Below are positions 25,319 to 33,519 of a DNA stretch of 49,479 nucleotides, piece by piece. The DNA is taken from assembly GCA_021803945.1 (NCBI GenBank), contig JAJZKW010000006.1, positions 1 through 49,479 of the forward strand, given 5' to 3'. The DNA comes from Candidatus Micrarchaeota archaeon. GTDB taxonomy: Archaea; Micrarchaeota; Micrarchaeia; Micrarchaeales; CABMGC01. Below the pieces are notes generated by a model. It was not told the DNA's origin and did no database searches. It saw only the letters and a program-made list of their open reading frames with translations. The number at the start of each line of letters is the position of its first letter. Position 1 is the first letter of the stretch. The translations under genes and the position numbers were made by a program.

Positions 25319-26182
25319 CTACTGCGTTTTCCTGCCTTCCACGATTCCAGCAACGTTCTCAAGCTCCCTTATGCTCTTCTGTATACTGCTGGTGCTGTCT
25401 ATCGAGTACCAGGGGCCTGAAAAGACGTATCCAAACAGCTGGCCCATGGCCACAAGCTTCGGGAACAGGCTCTCCTCAAGCATAACTCTCTCCTTCGACT
25501 TCTTTATCAGCCCAAATACCTCAGTGCCGAATAGGTATATCCCCGCATTCACAAGCGTGGCTTCCTTGCCCTGCTCATGCCTTTGCGTAAACCTGGTTAT
25601 CCTATTCCCCTCAAGCTTCGTAACCCCGAACCTCGACATCGAATCTGCAGGGGTCAGCGCGACTGTCGAAACGGCTTTATTTGCAATATGCTGCCTGTAC
25701 ATATCCTCCATATCAAGCATGAATATGTTATCTCCGTTAAGTGCAAAGAACGGCTCGCCTTCCACCATACTCTCTACCATCCCCAGCGCCCCTTCAGTGC
25801 CTTTCGGCACATCCTCCACTATATACTTTATACGCAGGCCGTATTCCGCCCCATCGCCTAGGTACGAGCGTATGTCCTCCGAGTCTTTCCCAATGGATAT
25901 TATCACGTCAAGGATCTGATTTCTCTTGAGCTCATTGATTATGTAGTGTATTATCGGCTTGCCCTTTATCGCCACCATAGGCACATTCACAGCCCTGCCA
26001 TTTACCATGGCTTTAGACCCTCCCGCGAATATTACCCCTTTCTTGCGGTTGCTGCGATGTATCGAGGAGTTAAGCAGGTGCTCTATAGCGTGCGACCGGT
26101 TCCTTATATTGACTCCGTCTATGGTGGAATCCACTGCAGCCAGAAGGTTCTTATCAAGCGTTATGGTTAACCTCTCCTTCAT
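25319..26182 (-). CDS. ribbon-helix-helix (CopG-like) domain fused to a sugar-phosphate nucleotidyltransferase-like domain
   Basis: N-terminus MKERLTITLDKNLLAAVD...NRSHAIEHLL (RHH pattern). Remainder matches the NTP_transferase fold: VIFAGGS..., KGKPIIHYIINEL, ALNGDNIF, VNAGIYLF, GYVFSGPWYSIDS. The G-loop GGxGTRL is degenerate (GGSKAMV). Confidence 0.7.
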   Translation of the reverse strand: MKERLTITLDKNLLAAVDSTIDGVNIRNRSHAIEHLLNSSIHRSNRKKGVIFAGGSKAMVNGRAVNVPMVAIKGKPIIHYIINELKRNQILDVIISIGKDSEDIRSYLGDGAEYGLRIKYIVEDVPKGTEGALGMVESMVEGEPFFALNGDNIFMLDMEDMYRQHIANKAVSTVALTPADSMSRFGVTKLEGNRITRFTQRHEQGKEATLVNAGIYLFGTEVFGLIKKSKERVMLEESLFPKLVAMGQLFGYVFSGPWYSIDSTSSIQKSIRELENVAGIVEGRKTQ

Positions 26183-26300
26183 CTACCCATCCTTCTGCAT
26201 TGTTCAATACCTTTATACAAACTTTGGACAGGAAAGTTTTTATATATATGATATTATAATATTTCGTATGAAAAAGTATGATAATTAACGGGTAGTATCA

Positions 26301-27380
26301 ATGGCAATCAAAATGATAAGCAGCTTAAAAAACGAAAGCGCAGCAAAACGTCTAGCCGGAATAAATCTGACCGACAGTCAGGCTACGCAGGGGGAGGAGA
26401 TATTATCAAGGCTCAGGCGCGGCGACGGAGCCATAATCCTAGACAAAGACGGAGTAATCTCGCACACAGCAGAGCAGATAGCAGAGGCGCTGAAGAGGGC
26501 ATTCAAAGAGCATTATGACCCAGAAAGGGGCATAGAATACGACTTCGACAGCAAGAGCATATACAAGATGTTCGGATTGGATAAAAGGTACAATGATGGG
26601 CCTACTCCGATACTCGCCATAATGTCGCTCAACCTGGAGGCCAGGGAAATGAGCGCAAGACTGCGCAGATCAGGAGGGCGCGTGATCAGCGCAGACGCCC
26701 TTCTACGCGAGATACTCGAATCAGACAACGCAGCCGGAGCGCTTGATGCGCTGATAGCAAAACACGCTTCGCAGGGAAAGCTGCCGTCGTCCCAGTTCGT
26801 GGCAGAGAACATGTATTGGTGGAGGGATCCTGACGGCTTCTTCAGGTCTGCCGAAGCGTCAAACTTCATATACCCGTATACTGGCCCAGAGAATGTTACA
26901 TCATGGGATGCCGCCATTGCGCTTCATGATGCCGGCCTTAAGGTCGCCTTCTTGACTAACGGCCCGTTTATACGAAGCGATTGGATAAAAGCTGGCTGCA
27001 CAGAGGAGGACATGGCCGCAAGGGTCTCTGTAGGGACTTACGTAGACGGCACGGTATTCCTGGTTACAAGGGATCAGCTCGGCGAAGCCAGGATGAAGCC
27101 TGATCCGTTCGGATTGTTTTATATAGCGAAAGAGATGGGCATTTCGCTGGAGAACTCCTATTTCGTAGGGGATACAAAGTCTGATATCAAGTGCGCGCAG
27201 AATACCAGAGCAGTAGCGCCTATAGCTGTCCTGTCAGGGATGGGCAGGGAGGCCGACCTAAAGGAAGGCGCCCCGGATCTCATAGTCTATCCAGATTTCC
27301 CGACCCTTGCAGCGGCGATACTAAGGCCCATGCAAAATATCGCAAGCCCCATTGACAAGGCGCTGCTTCGACCATCTTGA
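26301..27380 (+). CDS. HAD-superfamily hydrolase (subfamily IA-like) with N-terminal extension and large cap insert
   Basis: Motif I IILDKDGV, motif II VAFLTNG, Lys motif RMKPDP, motif IV FVGDTKSDIKCA. Confidence 0.7.
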   Translation: MAIKMISSLKNESAAKRLAGINLTDSQATQGEEILSRLRRGDGAIILDKDGVISHTAEQIAEALKRAFKEHYDPERGIEYDFDSKSIYKMFGLDKRYNDGPTPILAIMSLNLEAREMSARLRRSGGRVISADALLREILESDNAAGALDALIAKHASQGKLPSSQFVAENMYWWRDPDGFFRSAEASNFIYPYTGPENVTSWDAAIALHDAGLKVAFLTNGPFIRSDWIKAGCTEEDMAARVSVGTYVDGTVFLVTRDQLGEARMKPDPFGLFYIAKEMGISLENSYFVGDTKSDIKCAQNTRAVAPIAVLSGMGREADLKEGAPDLIVYPDFPTLAAAILRPMQNIASPIDKALLRPS

Positions 27381-27404
27381 GCCAATGAATTGAGACGCAT
27401 TTTT

Positions 27405-28328
27405 ATGAGATATGCCATAGGGCTGGATATAGGTGGGACAAAGATCAGGTCCGCGCTAGGAAACGAAAAAGGCGAGCTTTCTGAGTTTTTGTCAGAGGAG
27501 ACGGACAGCATGAGGATAGAGGAGCAGATATACCGGATGCTTGACAGCTACTCCAGATACGACTGCATAGGGATAGGCTCTATGGGTCCTCTAAATTCCG
27601 AAAAAGGCATAATAACAAACCCTCCGAACACAAAAGCAAAAATAAGGAACCTGAAGATAGTCAGCCTTCTGGAGAAGAGATACAAAGTGAGGTGCAAGCT
27701 CCTAAACGACTGCATAGCAGGGGTGTACGGAGAAAAGGCGTTCGGCGCAGGAAAAGGAGTAAAGAGCCTCGCATATGTGACATTCAGCACAGGCGTGGGA
27801 TCCGGAGTAATAGACAATAACAGGATAATAACCGGAAAGGACGGCAATGGGCAAGAGGTAGGCCACTGCGGGGTCGATGCCGATATAAGGATGGCATGCC
27901 GATGCGGATGCCTAGGCAGGCATTGGGCGGCCTATTCAGCAGGAATAAGCATGCCTGGCTTCATAAAGCAGATGCTGCTTACAAAGTACCGCGGGAGAAA
28001 ATCCAAGCTAAGCGCAAGGAGGAGCATAACCCCAAAAGAGTTCTTCGATATAGCTTCAAACGACGAAGTAGGCTCTGAACTGCTCGAAGACCTCGGCAGG
28101 ATAAACGCAAGCGGCATATCAAACATAGTAAACGCCTTTGATCCGGAGCTTATAACAATAGGAGGTTCCATAGCCCTGAACAACCAGGAAGAGATACTCG
28201 ATCCAATAAAGAGATATGTGAAGGACTATTCGATAAACAGGGTGCCCAAGATAATGATGACGCCTCTGAAAGGCGACATAATTCTGGCAGGGGCAATTGC
28301 GTTCATACTTGATGCAACCAAAATGTGA
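27405..28328 (+). CDS. ROK-family sugar kinase (glucokinase-like)
   Basis: YAIGLDIGGTKIR, FSTGVGSGVI, GHCGV...CRCGCLGRHWAAYSAG (variant ROK zinc motif). ATG at 27405 inside ORF 27390..28328 (TTG). Confidence 0.85.
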   Translation: MRYAIGLDIGGTKIRSALGNEKGELSEFLSEETDSMRIEEQIYRMLDSYSRYDCIGIGSMGPLNSEKGIITNPPNTKAKIRNLKIVSLLEKRYKVRCKLLNDCIAGVYGEKAFGAGKGVKSLAYVTFSTGVGSGVIDNNRIITGKDGNGQEVGHCGVDADIRMACRCGCLGRHWAAYSAGISMPGFIKQMLLTKYRGRKSKLSARRSITPKEFFDIASNDEVGSELLEDLGRINASGISNIVNAFDPELITIGGSIALNNQEEILDPIKRYVKDYSINRVPKIMMTPLKGDIILAGAIAFILDATKM

Positions 28329-28389
28329 CACAGGCCAATATGCTACCTATTCAAGCATAAAGATTGGACAATCTTCAGAAGCAAGGCCT

Positions 28390-28989
28390 TCATGCATTCA
28401 AGAGCATCTGTTTTAGCTTTTTCAAGTTCTTTTTCTTCCTGTCGCAACGCATTTTTCTTGCCGATTCTGTAAAATACTTGTGACTAGCTAGGAACTTTAT
28501 CTGGATCATGTCCCATTCTTTATCAGAAAACCTAAATCCTCTCCTAGTCTCAAGCTCCTTTCTCAGATAGGATCCTCTCAAAAAGAAATCCCTTCTCCCT
28601 AAGCTATCTAAATCCGAGTCGCATATTATCTCTTGCATAAGATTCTTTGGCCTCTGCGGCATCTGTGTTGCAAGGATAAGTTTGGAGATTATCGATATCT
28701 CTTTTCTTCCAAACCCTGCCGTTGTCAAGTATTTCTTTGCAATATCTGCTCCCTCATGTTCATTTTTATTATATTTCCTAACATATCCTGTATCATGGAA
28801 TATCCCAGCTAGCGCCAGTAGTGTTATGTCTTTTTTCGATAAGCCTTCCATCTTACCATATCTTATTGCGCTCCTGTAGACTTCAAGAGTATGCTTTATA
28901 TCATGGTAATACATACTCTTAGGAAGCTTCTTTCTGAACAATCCACGCACATACTGTAAGGCTTCGTATATCTGTGTCTTATCATTCAT
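28390..28989 (-). CDS. HD-domain metal-dependent phosphohydrolase
   Basis: YYHDIKHTLEV, GIFHDTGY, ICDSDLDSLG. The ATG lies 8 nt inside the upstream gene (TATGAATGA junction). Visibly AT-rich. Confidence 0.8.
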   Translation of the reverse strand: MNDKTQIYEALQYVRGLFRKKLPKSMYYHDIKHTLEVYRSAIRYGKMEGLSKKDITLLALAGIFHDTGYVRKYNKNEHEGADIAKKYLTTAGFGRKEISIISKLILATQMPQRPKNLMQEIICDSDLDSLGRRDFFLRGSYLRKELETRRGFRFSDKEWDMIQIKFLASHKYFTESARKMRCDRKKKNLKKLKQMLLNA

Positions 28990-29773
28990 AATCTCCTTCC
29001 TTCAAAAGCGAGACTATTCTGTCTTCGAATCCTACCCCAAGGTATTGTCTAATCTCCCTCAATCTTTCAATACCTCCGCCCTCAGCAAAAATGTCGAAAT
29101 TTCCATAATAATACTTCACTATCTCATGCATATCTTCAATATCCTTTACTCCTCCACGGAGTCTCAAGAGATTGTATTTTATTCCAAGCTGATGGATTGG
29201 GTCTGGGACTTTTATTAGCATCACCTCTCCGTCGTCTGTTTTTACAAGTATGCTTATTGCATTACTGATTATCAAATCAGACGGAAATCCCATTAGCGTA
29301 TCCGTGCTCTCTGGACATCCAAGTAGTCTACACAGTTGTCTATGGTCTGTTATTACGTTTCCCCCAACAGTCAGGCTACTGTTTGCGGCTTCTATCTTTA
29401 TCCCAGATCTTTTATCAATAACTGAGTATATTTTGTTGTCTTTGAAGTATGCAATCTCAAATCCTTCATTCTCAAGTCTTTTTTTGAGATCTTCAGTAAT
29501 AAATAATTTTGATTCCCTAACTACTACATCAACGTCATTGACTTTCCGTTTTTGTGATATCAAATGTATTGACGAACCGCTAAATATTACCACCTCATCT
29601 CCCAGCGCTCTTTTAAACCTCCTATAGGCATCAGCGACAGTCTCCGTATCCCATTCGGTGCGTCTAATGGCACCTTTCAACCCTTTGGATATGTCATCAT
29701 CAACTGCTTTCGAAGCTCCAGCCATCCCGCTGTTTTTTAATCTATTCATAGTCTCACCAATAGCAAATTCCAT
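28982..29773 (-). CDS. Pol-beta-superfamily minimal nucleotidyltransferase-domain protein (unassigned subfamily)
   Basis: FSGSSIHLISQKRKVNDVDVVV fits hG[GS]x9-13Dh[DE]h. Candidate third carboxylate in GIKIEAAN. N-terminal ~60 aa and C-terminal ~120 aa are unassigned. AT-rich. Confidence 0.55.
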   Translation of the reverse strand: MEFAIGETMNRLKNSGMAGASKAVDDDISKGLKGAIRRTEWDTETVADAYRRFKRALGDEVVIFSGSSIHLISQKRKVNDVDVVVRESKLFITEDLKKRLENEGFEIAYFKDNKIYSVIDKRSGIKIEAANSSLTVGGNVITDHRQLCRLLGCPESTDTLMGFPSDLIISNAISILVKTDDGEVMLIKVPDPIHQLGIKYNLLRLRGGVKDIEDMHEIVKYYYGNFDIFAEGGGIERLREIRQYLGVGFEDRIVSLLKEGDYE

Positions 29774-30067
29774 AATCTATTTTTACAGGATTAACACTAG
29801 ATGTAGGCAAATGCATCAAAGAGGAGTCTAAACTTGAAAAAAAGTACTGATTAATGTGGGTGTATTTTATGTCCATAGGATATATGAAACGTACCCATAT
29901 TTAATACTTTCCTATCAATTGCTAGCATCCCCGTTTTTAAACAGGTCAATTCACATTTTTCATATCCTTCAATCATCTTATCTAGCCTATCTTTAGCATG
30001 TCTAAATGCATTCACCTAATATATATTTCAAATTGCAAATCATTGTTGCATGCGAATATATTGTGTT

Positions 30068-30079
30068 ATTTATATTTAA
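30068..30079 (+). promoter_or_regulatory. TATA-like box (ATTTATATTTAA) upstream of tRNA-Val
   Basis: Centred about 29 nt upstream of the tRNA 5' end at 30102. Confidence 0.35.
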
Positions 30080-30101
30080 CTACTATATAACTCATCTGCA
30101 C

Positions 30102-30172
30102 GGGCTCGTAGTCCAGCGGTAAGACGCTACCCTCACACGGTAGAGATCGGAGTTCGACTCTCCGCGGGCCCA
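30102..30172 (+). tRNA. tRNA-Val (anticodon CAC), no encoded CCA
   Basis: GGGCTCG-TA-GTCC-AGCGGTAA-GAC-G-CTACC-CTCACAC-GGTAG-AGAT-CGGAG-TTCGACT-CTCCG-CGGGCCC-A. 7-bp acceptor (one G.U), anticodon loop with U33-CAC-A37, T-loop TTCGA. Followed by TATCAA rather than CCA. Confidence 0.9.
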
Positions 30173-30223
30173 TATCAATACATCTTTCAGTATACTCTGG
30201 TGCAAAACCACACACCAATTATT

Positions 30224-30340
30224 ATGGCAGAGCACGTCAAGGATATAAAGCAGCATTATCTAGGTTATCATGGCGGACTTAGTAAGAATGAAATGTTGAT
30301 TCCGCTAGGAATGGCAAGATTACCAGATCTGATATGGGCT
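30224..30340 (+). pseudogene. possible C-terminal remnant of an alkaline-phosphatase-superfamily (COG1524/PglZ-like) gene
   Basis: ORF 30200..30409 translates to ...HYLGYHGGLSKNEMLIPLGMA..., resembling the C-terminal G.HGG.s..E..vPl motif of AP-superfamily phosphodiesterases. No upstream body, since the tRNA sits 28 nt before the ORF. The tail overlaps the convergent tandem-HIT gene. Confidence 0.25.
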
Positions 30341-30353
30341 TTCCATAAGCCAT

Positions 30354-31301
30354 CTAGACAAGCCGCCTCAATGCTGCAACATCTTCCCTTATCTCATCCT
30401 CAGTCATAACCTTGGGCGGGCTCCCGTTTTCATACAAGTCATAATATATGTGATCCCCAGCGCCCGTATACCTATCCACATTTCTCCTCACAATCAGGTG
30501 TATATGCATCCTGTCCAATGGCATGGATACATATCCTCCGGTCTGCATGGACGTTATGTACGACCTGCTCTCATCGCCGTACATCTTAAGCAGGATAGTC
30601 ATGACCTTAGCGTATGTCCTTGCCAGGTCCTCAGCCTCTTCGCGGCTAAGCTGTGATATGTCGGATATGTCTCTTTTTGGGACCAAAAGCGCCTGTCCCT
30701 CTATAATCGGCTTCGGATTGTATACCGCGCTCCAACTCTCCGATTCATAAAATACGTTGCTGGACAGCTCAGGATCCAAGGCTGCAAATTTGCCGCTATT
30801 GCCTGTAACTGCGCTGATTGCAGGCCTTGCTCCCTCAAAATCCCTCCTAAGCATTTTTACTTCTTCCTCTATGCTGGCCAAGAATGGCCTTTCCTCGCCT
30901 TGAAGCGTTTTTTCATATATGTTGTCATAAGCTGGCTTGCCATCCTTCATACCCACTCGTTTCCTTGGTATTATGTGGATATGGAAATGGTCCACAGTCC
31001 TCCCAGACGCCTCTCCGCTCCGTATCATCAAGCAATAAGCATTCTCCCCTACGTTCCACAGGTCCATACTCGCCTTGACAGACTTGTTTATCATGCTAAA
31101 CAGTTCTCCTGTTTCCTGCGTTGTAAGATCCAGGAGTCCAGCCTTGTGCTCCTTAGTTATTAAGAGCAGATGCCCGTCAGTGCGCGCTATGACATCGTAA
31201 AGGCAGGCAAAATATCTTCCGGAGAAACCAAGTTGCCTTCCGACTCTGTTGCTATCGCAGAACGGGTCCTTTGCAGCTTGGAGCTTTTCTTTTGCCGCCA
31301 T
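30354..31301 (-). CDS. tandem (duplicated) FHIT-like HIT-domain protein
   Basis: Domain 1: DGHLLLITKEH...GRTVDHFHIHIIPRK...YDNIYEK. Domain 2: EGQALLVPKRD...DRMHIHLIVRR...GDHIYYDLYE. ATG at 31301 preferred over the TTG at 31325. Confidence 0.8.
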   Translation of the reverse strand: MAAKEKLQAAKDPFCDSNRVGRQLGFSGRYFACLYDVIARTDGHLLLITKEHKAGLLDLTTQETGELFSMINKSVKASMDLWNVGENAYCLMIRSGEASGRTVDHFHIHIIPRKRVGMKDGKPAYDNIYEKTLQGEERPFLASIEEEVKMLRRDFEGARPAISAVTGNSGKFAALDPELSSNVFYESESWSAVYNPKPIIEGQALLVPKRDISDISQLSREEAEDLARTYAKVMTILLKMYGDESRSYITSMQTGGYVSMPLDRMHIHLIVRRNVDRYTGAGDHIYYDLYENGSPPKVMTEDEIREDVAALRRLV

Positions 31302-31618
31302 ATCATAAACCCCAAGCCACAGCAATGCCAGGTATTGCTGTTAAATGTGAATATGATAAGATTAGAATGTGCATATAATATAATGCTGAATACTATTTAT
31401 ATATCTTTCCAGAATCAATGAGACAGTTTTATAAACAAAACAAAAATCAGCGCTGCATAACGAACATAATTATCAAAATATGCATAACGTTCTGTCACTC
31501 AGGCAACCCATATCAATCATTCCGAGCCGTTTTCTCAGGCAATAATGCATCCCTGTCATCAAACCGCCGCAACTAAGTAATAAAAATATACGTGCTCATA
31601 GTATAGCGTTGCGTGCTT

Positions 31619-32674
31619 ATGGACATAGACTCAAAGATGGCGCTTATAAAGTCAGAGCCTACGGAGGAGATAATAACAGACCAGGGCATGCGCGAATTGC
31701 TTGAGACAAACCAGAGCCCCAAGCATTACATCGGGCTGGAAATAAGCGGAATGCCGCACATAGGGCATATACTCGTTGCAGGGAAAAAGATAAACGACCT
31801 GAACGAGGCAGGAGTGCGCACGCAGGTGCTTCTTGCTGACTGGCATACTGTGGCAAACAACAAGCTTGGCGGTGACTGGGAGAGGATACTAGAAGCTTCA
31901 AAGTTCTACAGGGAGCTCTTCAATACTGTGTGCCCAGGCACGAAGGTGGTGCTCGGGTCAGATCTCTACAAGGGCAACGACGATTATTGGAAGCTCGTAG
32001 TGCAGATAGCTAGGCGCACCACCATAGCAAGGGCAACAAGGACGCTGATTATACAAGGGAGGAGCGAGAAGGACACTCTCCAGGTGTCGCAGTACATATA
32101 CCCCATTATGCAGATAGCCGACATATCCATGCTGGACGTAGACATACCGCATGCCGGAATGGACCAGAGGAGGGTGCATGTACTCGCAAAGGAGATATTC
32201 AGCGAGCTAAAGATGAAGCAGATCGTCCCAATACACCATCACCTCCTGCCAAGCCTTTCAGAGCCTCCGAAGGTGGCAGACAGCGCCCAGAAGGAGGAGA
32301 TAGTCGCAGCCATGAAGATGAGCAAGTCAAGGAAAGGGTCGGCCATACCGATACTCGCAGACGAGGTCGAAGTAAGCTCCATACTCAGGACTGCATGGTG
32401 CCCTGAAGGAGTCGTTGACGGCAATCCGGTCCTCCTTCTATGCAAGTATGTCATAATCCCTACTCTCGGCGGACTTAAAGTCGAGCGCGACGCGAAGTAT
32501 GGCGGAGACGCAGACTACGCAACATACCATAGCATAGAATCCGACTTCGCTGACAAGAAGCTTCACCCTTCAGACCTCAAGAATGCCGTAGCGAAATCGA
32601 TATCAAGGATAACCAGCCCCATAATGCAGAAATTCGGGCACAGGAAGCAGGAGCTCCTCGAGCTGTTTGCCTAG
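31619..32674 (+). CDS. tyrS: tyrosine--tRNA ligase (archaeal type)
   Basis: HIGH motif (GMPHIGH), LLADWH, YIYPIMQIAD, GMDQRRVHVLAKE, KMSKS, AWCPEGVVDGNPV and KLHPSDLKNAVAK closely parallel M. jannaschii TyrRS. Confidence 0.93.
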   Translation: MDIDSKMALIKSEPTEEIITDQGMRELLETNQSPKHYIGLEISGMPHIGHILVAGKKINDLNEAGVRTQVLLADWHTVANNKLGGDWERILEASKFYRELFNTVCPGTKVVLGSDLYKGNDDYWKLVVQIARRTTIARATRTLIIQGRSEKDTLQVSQYIYPIMQIADISMLDVDIPHAGMDQRRVHVLAKEIFSELKMKQIVPIHHHLLPSLSEPPKVADSAQKEEIVAAMKMSKSRKGSAIPILADEVEVSSILRTAWCPEGVVDGNPVLLLCKYVIIPTLGGLKVERDAKYGGDADYATYHSIESDFADKKLHPSDLKNAVAKSISRITSPIMQKFGHRKQELLELFA

Positions 32675-32753
32675 CTGCCTCATCCTATTTAATAATGACT
32701 GGATAATATATAATCCGGTTATAGATAGACAAGAATGGCAAAGTGGTTGATGT

Positions 32754-33518
32754 ATGATAAGTTTATACCTGACAATCGGCCTTTCATTCCTCATGGGCTT
32801 CTCAGTCTTCCTTTCAATGCCCATAATATTCTACAAGAAGACAGGAGTCAGGGGAATGATCTTCCTGAATGCCGTAGCCATCGGAATACTGGTCTTCCTC
32901 CTCATGGACATATACGGGGATGTCGCAGCGATATTCGGCAGCAACACGATAGCAAGCCCGGCAGAGCTGGTATTTGTCGTGGCATTCATAGCGGCATTCC
33001 TCTTCTTCATATCTCCTAAAGCCAGCAGGGATCCGGAAGACAACCCAAAGATGACCTCCGTAATCGCAGCTATGGGAATAGGACTGCAGAACCTCACAGA
33101 GGGCCTTGTCTTCGGCTCTGCGGCAGCTGCAGGGCTTGTAACCGTATATGCCGTATCAGCAGTAGGCTTCATGCTCCAGAACATAACTGAGGGTTTCCCC
33201 ATAGCCGCGCCGCTCGTAGGTTCGAAGGTAAAGATAGAGAAAAAATTCGTGTCAGCCGCGTTTCTCATAGGCGGGCTTCCGACAATCCTCGGGACACTGA
33301 TAGGGCTGCTCTTCTTCTCCAGCATGTTCATAGTGTTCTTCGACGCGCTGGCAAGCGCAGCGATCCTTTATGTCGTGCTTGTGCTGTTCCATGTCAACAT
33401 AAACAGGAGCACGTCGGAGTACAGGAAGGAGCCGCACCGCATGATGCTGCGCACATACCTGGGCATACTTGCCGGTTTTGTAATCGCCTTCATTGTGAAC
33501 TATATCGTGATAGCGTAA
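32754..33518 (+). CDS. ZIP-family divalent metal transporter (ZupT-like)
   Basis: Eight hydrophobic helices. Paired GLQNLTEG and MLQNITEGF motifs (the ZIP HN.pEG equivalent). Confidence 0.8.
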   Translation: MISLYLTIGLSFLMGFSVFLSMPIIFYKKTGVRGMIFLNAVAIGILVFLLMDIYGDVAAIFGSNTIASPAELVFVVAFIAAFLFFISPKASRDPEDNPKMTSVIAAMGIGLQNLTEGLVFGSAAAAGLVTVYAVSAVGFMLQNITEGFPIAAPLVGSKVKIEKKFVSAAFLIGGLPTILGTLIGLLFFSSMFIVFFDALASAAILYVVLVLFHVNINRSTSEYRKEPHRMMLRTYLGILAGFVIAFIVNYIVIA

Positions 33519-33519
33519 G

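Noticed and set aside
24984-25919. 311-aa ORF antisense to the PduO adenosyltransferase and RHH-nucleotidyltransferase genes
   Set aside because: It spans two well-supported genes plus their intergenic gap on the opposite strand and has a Ser/Pro/Leu-rich low-information sequence. Classic shadow ORF.
29851-30015. 54-codon minus-strand ORF (VNAFRHAKDRLDKMIEGYEKCELTCLKTGMLAIDRKVLNMGTFHISYGHKIHPH) upstream of the NTase gene
   Set aside because: It starts at a GTG immediately after an in-frame stop, matches no motif I recognise, and lies in AT-rich DNA where short ORFs arise by chance. It also overlaps the likely divergent promoter region of tRNA-Val. Mentioned in the cassette finding but not called as a feature.
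28390-31325. Annotating the AT-rich tRNA-Val neighbourhood as an integrated mobile element
   Set aside because: No integrase, recombinase or transposase ORF is present. I could not find a direct repeat of the tRNA-Val 3' half that would mark att sites. The AT-rich genes lie on the 5' side of the tRNA, whereas integrases usually target the 3' side. Reported only as an accessory patch.
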